Shown: one piece after another, positions 24,001 to 36,092 of the stretch | Layout of the letters: every line of letters starts with the position of its first letter | Numbering within the stretch: position 1 is the stretch's first letter | DNA from: Octopus bimaculoides | Taxonomy: Eukaryota | Direction of reading: 5' to 3' | Assembly: GCF_001194135.2 (NCBI RefSeq) | Contig: NC_068982.1 | Location: 25,259,535-25,309,762 of the forward strand | Length of the DNA: 50,228 nt | The notes under the pieces: generated by a model | Databases searched by the model: none | The model's input: the letters and a program-made list of their open reading frames with translations, nothing else | What the model was told of the DNA's origin: nothing | Position numbers and translations under genes: made by a program

Positions 24001-26228
24001 TTTTATTATTATCATCATTATTATTATTATTATTTAATAAAAAAAGTATATAAAGTTACAGAAATCCCTTACCTTATAATATTTCTGTGTAGTATTTTCG
24101 ATGGCGTATTCTAAATACTGCGGCTGTGTTCCTTGATTCTTTGTCTACTCTTGTTAATTTAATCAGCGTCTAGTTGAGAATATCGCGACTATATAGCAAC
24201 AGCGTCTACTTGAGAATATTGTAATAGTATTGATTCCTTTTAGATTGTACTAATTATTTTTTTTTGTTTTTACATTTATTCTGCTTTAAGTATTAGTATA
24301 ATAAATACATCAATAATATTTCTTCTTAATCATTCTTTTGATTTGTGTGTGTTTTACTCTACTTAGTTCATTAACTCATTAGTAAGTGTAAGTCTGCGTT
24401 TAATCGAATTCTACTACTTTTCTTTCTTTATGTAACATGATATTAACAGTGTTTATTAATTTGTCTCTCAAGCAATACATTGATATTTCATACAAAAATA
24501 ATTCCATCAGCAAGGAACCACGTGTAACAGTCCTCCAATTTGTTTTTCATTTGCTAAAAACATTTGCTACATACGTTTGTTGCGTGAGTATGTACAAATG
24601 ATTAGGGATTATTCTGTAATAGCATTTTTATCCAAGCATATTCTGGTTTAACTTGCCAGTTAAATATGAACACGGGAGACACGAAAAAAGTGCAAAGTTG
24701 GAATATGTTAGTATATTATTTTTTTAGTAGCAACTGGATTCAGTTTCATTATTCTTTGTTATGTTTGTATCTTTAGAGATATTTCCAATGTATTTATTCG
24801 ATGTTTGTTGGCCTATTTATTATTAGTGGTCCCCTGCTCATTGTTTATGTATACACAGCTTTCTCCGAACCATTCGAGCGGTACGCACGTAATAAAATAA
24901 CATCAATTGTTAATAAACTTTAAATATCTTAGGCAAAACATAATATAGATAGGCTGATAGGGTAAGAAGGAGAACATGCCATGCGAGTAATAGGAACCAC
25001 GCTATGTTAGAATGTAAAGGAAAACTCAAGTGATGTATTGTTGAAATCTTTAAATAATTTGTTTTTCTTGCATAAATTATTGTGATAGATTATGAACACA
25101 ATAAGCCATTGTGCTATGCAGTTAACATTTAAATCTGTGTGTATTCATCAAACAGAACTTGTGAAAATCTACGGCAAACAGAATGAGTATTTTGTTAGTT
25201 CTGTAAAAAGGCCTCTCATAGAAAGTGTTACACGCACTGTCTGAGTTTTACTCTCTGGATAGTGTGCATGTACGGATGCCGTGTGTACGCTTATAATATA
25301 AAAGTATGATTACGTTAGTAAAATCCCGCGTGGACTATAGTATTATTTCTTATTTTATACTAGAAGTATGCTTTCATTGCAACAGGAGTTAAGTGATTCT
25401 TTTCGACACATATTTGTTAATATGTGTTGTGTCCAAATGGTTGAAGAACTCTTCTAAACAATTTTTAGCTTTACAAATTCATGGCCTGACAAACAATTCC
25501 TGTTATTTACAACCCTATTCATCTTAATATCTCTCACTCCCTTCATTTGCATACGATCCCCTTTGCTTCTATGACCGTTAGAGATATGAAACCTCTGCTT
25601 CCATGACCGACAGAGAATTTGGAAAGCTTGCATTTTTTCACGTAAATACATGGTATCTTGTGTATCGAGTTCTAACTCTACAGCTTTTCAAGTCAGAACA
25701 AATAACCAAGAAAATGACCAAGTAATCACATATGAAAGAATAGTAACCTCATAAGCATTGTTATTATTTCATAATAACTGTATAAATTTTACATGTTGAG
25801 ATATCGGCAGCTGGGTTCCGTATTCGCAGCTAGAAACCACGTCACCTCTAAACATATGATGGCACTTAAAGTAACAAGGTATGCTTCTACAAACAGGCAA
25901 TAAATTTAAGTCAATCCAAAACAACTACATTATTCTGCTGATGAATACAAATTTTATAAGTAACACAGCGGCAGCACTCGCCCACAGACCCTTTATTTCT
26001 AATACATGTTTCTTCTTTTGTGCAGTTATTCATGAAAAAGCTGCTCTTCCATTACGTTTTTAGTTCGCCTTAAACTCAAATCCTACGTGACATGTTTTGC
26101 TCATACTGTATAATGGAAACTGCAACTTTTGGAAATTTACTTCCTTTTCTGCATAATCGTCAACGAAGATACGAACAAACTCTTAATCTTCACATTTTGA
26201 TAATAGACATTTTAATATTTTTGTTTAG

Positions 26229-26432
26229 TAGGGGTCGAAATGGCAGAATCGGTACGGCCCCCAAAGAAACGCATAGCGGCATTTCTTTCGAGTTCAAATT
26301 CCACTGAGGTCAACTTTGCCTTTCATCTTTTGGGGTCAATAAGATAAATATTAGTTGAGCACTGGCATCGATGTAATTGACTTATCTCCCACCTCGATAT
26401 TGCTGGCCTTGCGCCAGAATTTGAAACCACTA
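26229..26432 (+). mobile_element. OR1-like SINE
   Basis: The sequence GGGGTCGAAATGGCAGAATCG...GAGTTCAAATTCCACTGAGGTCAACTTTGCCTTTCATC...AATTTGAAACC matches the family. Confidence 0.82.
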
Positions 26433-26789
26433 TTTTAGTTTTGAAAAGCAAATTCTTGTTATAAAATTAATTTGATGAGTTCAATACAAAAGAAATCAAT
26501 AATCATAACGTGTTCTGTTATATTCATAACTTTTCAACGCTGAAGAGTTTCAGTAAGCTGATGATATCGGTGTAACTGGTCATTTCCCAGACTGCTCCCT
26601 TCTGAAGATAGGCTTTTGCGCCTGAAATATAAAGGTTTTTGTAAAACTTCCTGCACTGTTAGAAGCTTTGGCATTTTCTCTTTTCTTTTCCTTCTTCGGT
26701 ACTACAATGCTTCAAGCTAACTACTCACTAATTCTTTTCGTCAATATAAGCATACAATGCTTACTATTCTTCGACAACCTATAATTCTT

Positions 26790-26992
26790 TCTCTTATAAG
26801 AAGAAAGTCTAAAATTTTGTGGTGAGAGGGCTAGTCTACCCCAGTGCTCAAGTGATATATATTTTATCCACCTCGAAGGATGAAAGGCAATGTCTACTGC
26901 GGTGGAATTTGAATTCAGATAGTAAAGACTGACGAAATGCCACGAAGCATTATGTCCGGCGTGCTAACGATTGTCTCAGTTCGCCAACTTTC
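26790..26992 (-). mobile_element. OR1-like SINE
   Basis: The reverse complement GGCGAACTGAGACAATCGTTAGCACGCCGGACATAATGCTT...GAATTCAAATTCCACCGCAGTAGACATTGCCTTTCATCC matches the family. Confidence 0.8.
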
Positions 26993-28405
26993 GACCTCTT
27001 ATAATAAGAGTAGGTGATGAGAATGTTGTTTTTGCTTAGCCACATTTCAGTTTTGGTTGAGATGGCTTTAGATTAAAGGTCTTTCAGACGTGAGAATCTT
27101 GTGTTTCTTGTTAGATGTTATAAATCAAGAACTACAGAACCTATGTGTACGTCATTTTTTAAATCCATGAAACAATCTTATGAAGATATTCCGGTTAATT
27201 CTTGGAGCCAGGCCAACCTCATACGAGTCTCTATAAGCAAGTGTATTACTGGTACTTAATTGGTGATGTCATTATTCACGTTTTTCATGAAATCTAACGA
27301 TGCAATTATCTATTTTATATTCATATGTTACTATTGAACGATCTTTTATCACCACAAAGAAGTTTGACGAAAACATTTGAAGATATATTTCCTTTCCCTA
27401 ACTGATAAACATATAGTATTTGTGAAATACTATGACTTTAAAATTATAAATGCTCTTTAATGTATTTCCAATGAAAGAAAACGGCGTGAATCTCGTAAAA
27501 TATTCAAAATAACCTCCGGAACTTTTAGATGTTAGATTGTTACTTATTTCCTAATGGACATCAGTAGATATCCGTAAAATGTTATATGCAAACTGCAGTA
27601 ACACAGACCTGTTGATTTTCCTTTATAATAAAGGGGAATCGCGTTTTATTATTGATAACACCATAGCCAGCGTATATAGCATTCAATTACTAAAACGAAA
27701 ACCCTAAATTAATCCTTAGCTTCGCTCACCAACCACCAATGTTCTTAACCATTAAAACTGAAATCGATATCATCGTTTCTCTGCAGTAGAAATTGTCTTC
27801 TCGCTTATTATATTTGCTGTCATTTTTATTTGTTAATAAATTTTCCATTAACCATTTCCTTGAGTGGAATCTTCATTGTTTGTCGCTCTTTTCTCTATAC
27901 TTTCCATTTCATTTTCCCCATTATATTTGCACTTTAATTTCAGTACTTAAAATATATGTTATCATTCATAGAATGAAAAATGATCAGTTGTGCACAATAT
28001 TTACAATTACATTAGTATTCTCTATCCAGCAACACTCTGCAATAATGATACTTTGAGTTTTAACATGATAAAAAACAGTAACAAATATATAAGTAAATAT
28101 AGGATTGTTTTGTTCTTGATATGTGCACAGTTTTGTGTAATTTATAAGCAAACTGAAGTCGTAAACGTACGCATAGTTCAAATCCTATAGCTTGATGCAG
28201 TCCATTTAAGTTCTAGTACTTTCGTGATATCCAATTAGCACAATAATATTCAGGTAATTCACAAGGTTAATTTTGAAATTTGAAATTTAAAATTGAATAT
28301 TTTAAATTAACTACACGAATAGCTGCGACTTTTCTATACCAGAAAGTTTACAGTATATTTAAAGCAAAAAAAATGTTGACAGAAAGATATCTGCAAAGCA
28401 GTTCC

Positions 28406-28556
28406 CATTGCCAATTAGAATAATTTCACTACCCATGAACATTAAAGATTCTATGAAAGTGAAACTGAGTTATAAAAATCTCTCATTGCCAATTAGAATA
28501 ATTTAATTACCCACCAACATTGAAATTTTTGCGTAGCGAATTTGAGATATAAAATC
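28406..28556 (+). repeat. Diverged 78-bp tandem duplication
   Basis: CATTGCCAATTAGAATAATTT occurs exactly at 28406 and 28484, and the rest of the units is partly similar. Confidence 0.8.
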
Positions 28557-30420
28557 TAATTCACAATTTCTCTTTATATTACGTAAATAAAATTGTGGAA
28601 GTTAAGCAATTTTTTAAAACTTATCTTCTAACCATTAAAATCAAAGCGTTCCAGCTGGCATGCAGAGTCAATGATCTCAATCAAAAAGAAGCGTTTCATA
28701 ATCGAATAACTTATACTTATCAAGGCAATCCGAAGATTTATCCATTAATAGTAAAATAACATGGAGTTTTCATAGAAAATATTCCGAGACGGGTTTAATA
28801 AAAAATATCAAAATGTATTCCGTTCTGTAGCTGCTTTCACTATTACATACGTTATAGTAGAACGCGACCTTCAAATATATATAAATATTTCAATGACCCT
28901 GATAAAGTGAGGAAAATGTGTGCTACAAATAATATACTGCGCAGCAGATGTGTAAATTCGTGTAACTAGTCAAGAAATTAATATTTAATAAGCAATGTTA
29001 GTATTTTATATTTGTGTATAAAATATCATAACACTGATAGTCTCAAAGGGCTCATGAGTATTTGTGACTGACTTCGATTTAAGTGTTTCTATTAGTGTCC
29101 AATGAAACTTTTCTCTGGGAAGATTGCCAATCGACGCAGCAAAACGTGTCCATTGCAACTTCATTTTATAAATATTGCTGCAATATTATACCCACTGATC
29201 CATTTCGCATGTATAACTGTAGGTACGCAGGAAAATTAGGTTAGATATGTTTCTTCCCCAAAAAGTGTACGCGTTTATTTCACAAAGTTAAACATGACAA
29301 CATTTATCGTCATATGTGAATTGGTCGTTGCTATAGAGGGATAACAGCAGGATACTAAAGCAATTATGTACCAAACCGTTTTAAAGGTTTGGACCAATCA
29401 CCCCCCCCCCACCAAAAACAAAATATCAATAGTATTGAGTTTTTAGTTTCATGTTTTTACCATTTTTATTATGAGTATAGTACAATGGAATATCGTGTGT
29501 TCGTTCGTTTGAGTAGTTAAATGTAATTTGTGAGAATTTAATCACCCTATTATTCTCTCGTAGAAAGTTGTTCTACCCACCCCAAAAACAGACACTAATT
29601 CCTAACTAGAATATNNNNNNNNNNNNNNNNNNNNNNNNNNNNNNNNNNNNNNNNNNNNNNNNNNNNNNNNNNNNNNNNNNNNNNNNNNNNNNNNNNNNNN
29701 NNNNNNNNNNNNNNTACATGCATACATGCATGCATACATACATACATACATGCATACATACATATACAGATGCGTACATACATTCTAAATTCCATTCTTA
29801 GTCTGTAGTTCAACTACAAGCAAAGTATGATGTGATTCAATGTGAGATCAAATCTGAAAGGAGGGTTTACAAAACGATCTGATTACCCATGCACCTTGGC
29901 CTACAATAGTTTTCGTAATTGTCTCTTCTCTATAGTCTCACCAGATCGTCGACTTATGGATACAAGTGATTGTTAATAGTGGGTCTGAAAAATTAATGCA
30001 AGCGTTTAGAAATTCAATACAGTGAATAATATAATTTTCATAAAGAATTAATATATTTTTATAAATATTTAATATTTAGTTCTATAGGATATGAAATAAA
30101 TAATATCTAATTATTATTTTTTATTCATTCCGATTCGTAACGGAAGATAGGTTGTAATCCGGTTTTCACCGAAATTCAGTTGGACCCATAGACTTGCACG
30201 TTTAAACGGTGGTGTAGTAAGGGTGGCAGTGTCTGTATGTTAACACAACGCATCACTGAGTGAAGATCAGACGTGTGTTAGTGAAGAGAAATTTTGTTTG
30301 CTAATCAAACGCATGACCAACCATCCATAATTCCCGGGAGTTTGATGTCATTAGCACACAGACTTGTCTCGAACTATACGTCTCTCTCTACATGTGTGTG
30401 TATCTGTGTGCGCACATTTA

Positions 30421-30498
<78 letters not shown>

Positions 30499-30959
30499 GT
30501 GCCTGTGTGTATTTGTCTTCACAGTTCATATATGTCACTGTGTGTGCTTAGGTGGTGTTTAGCCATGGTGTGTGTAGATGTTTATATACATGAATGTGTG
30601 TTTGGACTGAATTCATTATATGTTAACCTAAGTCGTGCTGTGTACACACAAATGCGTATGACCAAATTTATATTAAATTGTTGGGTTTTTCTGAACGGTG
30701 TGGTTGATTAACGGAATGATAGAATGTAATAATGTTAAGATAAATATGAAGATGGTTAGGATAACACTTTCAATATAAAGATATGACATCGCAGTCGGGT
30801 CAGGTTCAAATAAGTTGTGTTTCGTTGTTAAATGACGATTATTCCCCTATTGACATTGATGTTGTTTAATCACATGTCGGATCTTCTTAGAGTAAAATGC
30901 ATTCCGCCCATAATAATTCCATCCTCGTTTTAAAACACAGTGTGGCCGATACGTATAAA

Positions 30960-31300
30960 GTAAAATGTGATACTTTAGATTTTGGAGAATGCAAGCATGG
31001 TCAACTTGTTTTGATCTTACCTTCGCAATTATCAGTTGTAGTTGATCCATTCTGTAGTTGTGCTTCATTTCTACCAGAAACATTTCAGTAAAATTGTGTT
31101 CACGGAAACAGTATGGAAGTCCGTCGAATAGAGTGTTCCCATAATTCAAATATCTTGCCGTGTCACATATTTACCATGTTTATTCAGACTGAGAAGGAAT
31201 GTAAGAGTACAAGTGTGTGAGGAATACTCAGGGGCTTATACAGTAATCTATCTGGTGTGAATTACTGTTAATTATACTGTATTTTACTGTCCAGTAATTT
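30960..31300 (-). mobile_element. Possible CR1-like LINE 3' remnant
   Basis: The minus strand reads YGNTLFDGLPYCFR..., resembling the GPxLFNxLPxxLR motif near the CR1 ORF2 end. Confidence 0.3.
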
Positions 31301-31702
31301 ATCACAGTAATTTAATAAGTAAGTTATGGTCTTTTTTTTAAAACAGCAGAATATTATCATTAGCTTTTTTCATTTTTCTTTTTCTTAAGAATATGAGTTT
31401 AAAACAATTTGACTGCTATGTATATCTGATTGACCAAAATTTCTCACTGAAATGCTTATAAATAAAATAATGGTGATATAAGTGCTGCTCATTGAAAGAA
31501 TACTGGAATACAATGCATGACGGTAAAGGGTGATTCTCTGAAGGTAGCTCTTCGCTTCATCACGTATAACCTTAAATATTTATCAGACAACGAAGGAATC
31601 TTTTTTGCTTGACATGCAAGAAATAACGGTTCCATTTCTCTTAAGTAGAATATCACTTCGTACAAAATTATATGTATATATATATATATATANNNNNNNN
31701 NN

Positions 31703-31975
31703 GAAAATCCTGGGTAGCCCAATCGTCAGGATTCCTCTCTCGACCTTGCCGACGTAGTCCAAAGGAGTGCAGAGCATTACATTGGCACCAGCTTGGTTGC
31801 AGGAGCTGCCGGAAGAATGTCGAGTCAAACATTAAACTGCCTTCGGGGCTCCACTCCAGATTTCTTTGAAGGTTGTTTCCTTTCCGTAACCCTGGATAGG
31901 GGCCCATACCGGGTACTGTCAGCCGGAGCCAGCTGAGCCCGGGACTCGTGTCAGGCAGGGTCGTCACTCCCTGAA
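31703..31975 (-). mobile_element. GC-rich 5' region of an RTE-clade LINE
   Basis: The reverse complement CAGCTCCTGCAACCAAGCTGGTGCCAATGTAATGCTCTGCACTCCTTTGGACTACGTCGGCAAGGTCGAGAGAGG resembles RTE 5'UTRs as I recall them. It is cut by the gap 31693-31702. Confidence 0.5.
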
Positions 31976-32029
31976 GTAGTGAAGAAAAGCGCTACCCACT
32001 ACCATAAAATCGCTACCCACTACATATAT

Positions 32030-33111
32030 ATATTATATATTATAAATTAACTACCAACAAAAATAATTGGTAAGCTAACTCAAAAAATCATCACCAAAAT
32101 AGCAGCAAAAACGACTGTGAAGGTATGTAAACTCCTCAAGAATCGATCCTTTTGGTTATAATAATAATAAGAAAAGAGTTACGACGCAAAAACATATACA
32201 TTAAATAAACATATTTATCTTCCCTAAGTAAATCCTTGTAATGCTCCTTATTCAGTCTATAACTATTTCCGGTCTTGTCAGATTTAACGAAAATTCCTTT
32301 ATTACTCTTCACTTGTTTGGCAACAGTGTTAAGATATCTCAAATGTTGGTTCTTGCATGGCGATTTACGAAACTTAACATTCTTAACAATCAACCAAATG
32401 TCTTCCTCAAATTTATCCAACCTATAATTATAAAGTGGGTTGTTTCTGGAACGGAACAATTTCTTAAATTTCAATTCATTCTCGGGTACATCAGTTATCT
32501 GCTCTTTCTTGTCAAAGAAATACGCCTTCCAACGAATTCTGTTAATAAATGAATGTGTCTTCTGGATAAGTTCTTTAATATATACATTATTAGGTGGAAT
32601 TGGTATATCCTTCAATGAAGCGCCTATGTTAAATAACTCCATAGGTAATGATTAAATAGCTGTTTATCCAAGAAAAACAGTAAAAATTCAATATCAATAT
32701 ATTATATATTATAAATTAACTACCAACAAAAATAATTGGTAAGCTAACTCAAAAAATCATCACCAAAATAGCAGAAAAAACGACTGTGAAGGTATGTAGA
32801 CTCCTCAAGAATCGATCCTTTTGGTTATAATAATAAGAAGAAAAGAGTTACGACGCAAAAACATATATATTAAATAAACATGTTTATCTTCCCTAAGTAA
32901 ATCCTTGTAATGCTCCTTATTCAGTTTATAAATATTTCTAGTCTTGTCAGATTTAACGAAAATTCCTTTATTACTCTTCATTTGTTTGGCAACAGTGTTA
33001 AGATATCTCAAATGTTGGTTCTTGCATAGCGATTTACGAAACTGAACATTCTTAACAATCAACCAAATGTCTTCCTCAAATTTATCCAACCTATAATTAT
33101 AAAGTGGGTTG
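32030..33111 (-). mobile_element. Tandem (1.6-unit, 669-bp period) internally deleted PLE derivative
   Basis: TATAAATTAACTACC occurs at 32041 and 32710, and the second unit is truncated at about 33111. The two units are highly similar. Confidence 0.85.
32136..32642 (-). CDS. 168-aa ORF homologous to the N-terminal (pre-RT) region of a PLE ORF
   Basis: SLKDIPIP...FINRIRWKAYFF...FEEDIWLIVKNVKFRK...IFVKSDKT...Y..LL is the characteristic pre-RT segment of invertebrate PLEs. RT and EN are absent, and the last about 25 aa come from the terminal repeat. Confidence 0.7.
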   Translation of the reverse strand: MELFNIGASLKDIPIPPNNVYIKELIQKTHSFINRIRWKAYFFDKKEQITDVPENELKFKKLFRSRNNPLYNYRLDKFEEDIWLIVKNVKFRKSPCKNQHLRYLNTVAKQVKSNKGIFVKSDKTGNSYRLNKEHYKDLLREDKYVYLMYMFLRRNSFLIIIITKRIDS

Positions 33112-33263
33112 CAAGATTTTTTTATGTGATTTCGTGTGTTGAAGCATATTTTGTTGTGTCTGGGGAGAGTCATTTTCTTATTGTGCCTTAAAATTTAACC
33201 CACTCACCGGTAAAATTTCCACTTATTTTTATTTTCCTAAAATTTCCGTTGCGTCTTGCAACC
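33107..33263. repeat. 157-bp segment bounded by perfect 10-bp inverted repeats
   Basis: GGTTGCAAGA is at 33107-33116 and TCTTGCAACC is at 33254-33263. Confidence 0.55.
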
Positions 33264-33389
33264 TTATCAATAGTCGACTGTCCGTTATTTACGCTGCGTT
33301 CTTTTTTTATTTGTTTGTTTTTGCGCATGTGTGTGTCTCAGTGTGTGTGTATGNNNNNNNNNNATATATGTATGTATGTATGTATGTAT

Positions 33390-34075
33390 GTATATCCTGT
33401 CACCCGTAAGGTCTCTCATGGGTGCTACTTGTAACCCGTAATCAAGTACAATCTGTTTAAAGGCCGGGTCGTCGGAGACAAAGTCAGCAATCTCACTAGG
33501 CGTGCTGGTGGAGGGTTCCTAGAAACCTACCATGTCTGCAAACATGACTTGTCAAAAGTTCTGATGAACCCAGTGTACGTTCAACGACTCTCTAGCAATA
33601 ACACAGTCCCTCAGCCAAAAATCACTGGGGAATATGTGCCCCTGACATTTCGTTAATACATGGCTCTAGACGAAGGTAATTCCCATATAAAAGCAGATAT
33701 GCAGAGAATGGCATTCATCATTCGCTTGATATATTGGCGTCCCCAGATCCCTGAGTCTGCAACCCATATTGACACAGGATACCTAGCCTGTCTTTGGTTC
33801 TAGTCAGTAAGCTAACGAGGACTTCCGCGATATTGTGCAAGCCTGATAGGACCTAAAACTTTAGGTTGTACAATCACCGGCGAGACGACTATCCGATGTC
33901 CGGTCAAGTGGGAAAGCACTACAGCGGGCATGGAAGCTACAGGCATGAACTCGTGTGAAACCGACGCAGGTAGAATGCCCTTTTGCACCAGCGTTGCTTG
34001 TGTTTTGCCTACGCAAATGTCAGTGATTATCCTTCTCAACCACATGTGTACAGTGGAAAGCCATCATATATATAA
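33390..34075 (+). mobile_element. GC-richer decayed coding-like segment, possibly an old PLE 3' ORF end
   Basis: One frame reads FRLYNHRRDDYPMSGQVGKHYSGHG, weakly like the GIY-YIG R..NHR...V..HF..GH segment. All frames contain stops, and a hammerhead-like motif lies just downstream. Confidence 0.3.
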
Positions 34076-34079
34076 ATAC

Positions 34080-34464
34080 TTTGGTACACATTGCTTACAT
34101 TTGCCTACATTGATTTTTTGTATACAAATTAGCGATTCACTAAATCATCCATAGATTTCTATGGTGCAGACATATATGCTGGCAGTGATCTTCGTCTGAG
34201 AACATCCCAGTCGGGCTGATCTCACTGAAGAGGCTACAGCAACAAAGACGAAATTGACCGATCAATGTGTGAATATATCGACCGCTTCTTTTCGGGTGAT
34301 TACGGTCTGTCAGTATGTACGTATACAATTATGTACTTTGATTGCAGCATTAGAGCGTTTAGCTCTTATTGCTAGCAACGTAGGCGTTTCTAACACACTG
34401 AGTCACATTTAATGACGGTTATAATTTTCCTTTTTGGTACACATTGCTTACAGCTGCCTACATT
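34080..34464 (+). repeat. 32-bp direct repeats (30/32 identical) 353 bp apart
   Basis: TTTGGTACACATTGCTTACA(TT/GC)TGCCTACATT occurs at 34080-34111 and 34433-34464. Confidence 0.85.
34220..34272 (+). ncRNA. Degenerate type I hammerhead-like motif
   Basis: The sequence is TCTCA-CTGAAGA-GGCT(ACAGCAACAA)AGAC-GAA-ATTGA(CCGA)TCAAT-G-TGTGA. Stem I pairs 4/5, stem II pairs 3/4 and stem III has 5 perfect pairs, but the cleavage-site nucleotide is G. Confidence 0.55.
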
Positions 34465-34475
34465 ATAAGTTTGTG

Positions 34476-34512
<37 letters not shown>

Positions 34513-34513
34513 T

Positions 34514-34547
<34 letters not shown>

Positions 34548-35059
34548 CGCCAAAAGAAAGCGGCCTTAATGTTCAGCATCTCGATAACCTCCATTACGTC
34601 TGTGTACCCTGAGATGAGTTTTAAAACTGAGGTGAACCTGCATGTCTTCAAAAATGTCACAGGTGAGATTCAAAGTTCTCACAGAGATTATAAATATTAC
34701 TTGCGCTAAAGAAATATTATACGTCTTACACGAGCCTTTTCCAAATAACAGATGATTTTAACATTAAAAATGGTGGAAAACCATTGTTAGATATGTGTTG
34801 ATTTCGCAAATTAATGAGACCTCATGGGGCATATAAAGCCTAGGAGATAGCTGTCAAAAAGACCACATTTCCAACTTTTAATTTCTTCTGCTTCATCTAT
34901 GGTACTTTCCTTTCTCAAAGTACGATTTAGTTCAGCAGGCTTTCATTTCTGTCAGTCGATTTGTTTTCCATGACAAGAACATCTGAACATCTAAATAAAG
35001 TCCTTGTACAATATCTTTGGCTTATGCTATGATCATTTTTTTCTTTTTCTCTCACTCTC

Positions 35060-35095
<36 letters not shown>

Positions 35096-35188
35096 NNNNN
35101 NNNNNNNNNNNNNNNNNNNNNNNNNNNNNNNNNNNNNNNNNNNNNNNNNNNNNNNNNNNNNNNNNNNNNNNNNNNNNNNNNNNNNNNN

Positions 35189-35242
<54 letters not shown>
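35060..35242. repeat. (CT)n microsatellite across a gap
   Basis: Directly visible around the gap 35096-35188. Confidence 0.95.
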
Positions 35243-35245
<3 letters not shown>

Positions 35246-35885
35246 AAGTTGTCACTCACCCGGAATTTATTGCTTGGACGGTCTCTTGTTTTACATACAA
35301 GCTGCTCTGCCCATCGCAATTGATTTTGCAATAAGTATGAATCAATCGACAAATAACAAGCGCAGTGTGTGTTTATGTGTCTATGCACATATATGTATGT
35401 GTGCTAGAGCATCTATGTATTATGTTATGACACATTTTGTTTTTTACTATCCTTCTTTTGATTCGATGAGCTGAAGAATCAGCGTCCAACAATTCACAAC
35501 TCTTTCCGTTTCGTTTGTTTTCGTTTAATTCATTGACTATTTAAATATTCCTTATCCTGTTGTCACACATGGAAGAGTTAATTATTTTCCGTCACCAATT
35601 ACTTTTGTTGACAGATTTAAATATTTGGCATACAAATTTTTTGAAATTCTTCAAAAAAAATGGTCACCGTGCTTTGTTGTAATAGTAATTAAAACGCTGC
35701 AATTAATCTCGTTGCCCAAATTCTTTGTTATTATTTTCCCTTTACTACACTGATATCTAGAAGCATGTTTATCTAAACCTACCGACACCATAAAACTAAC
35801 GATTTTGCTTTTAAATGCACAGAAACCGTGTTAATCTCATGCAACAGATGATAAACGAATTTTGTGCCAATATTTGGGAATTTTA

Positions 35886-36092
35886 GGGCGACGAGCCGGT
35901 AGAATCGTTAGCATGCCGGGTAAGATGCTTAGCAGGATTCTCACGTTTCCAATTCAATTTCCACTGAGATTGACTTTCCTTTTCATCATTTCGGAGTCAA
36001 TAAAATAAGTACCAGCTGAACGCTGTGGTCGATGTAATCGATTTAGCCTCTACCCCGAAATTGTTGGCCTTGTGCCCAAATTTGAAACAAAT
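35886..36092 (+). mobile_element. OR1-like SINE
   Basis: The sequence GGCGACGAGCCGGTAGAATCGTTAGCATGCCGGG...AATAAAATAAGTACCAG...AATTTGAAAC matches the family. Confidence 0.8.

Noticed and set aside
30230-30253. Reverse-strand match CGTTGTGTTAACA-ACAGACA to the hammerhead tail at 10161-10180
   Set aside because: The match is about 20 nt with an indel, has no upstream GAAA or core, and the flanks are not homologous.
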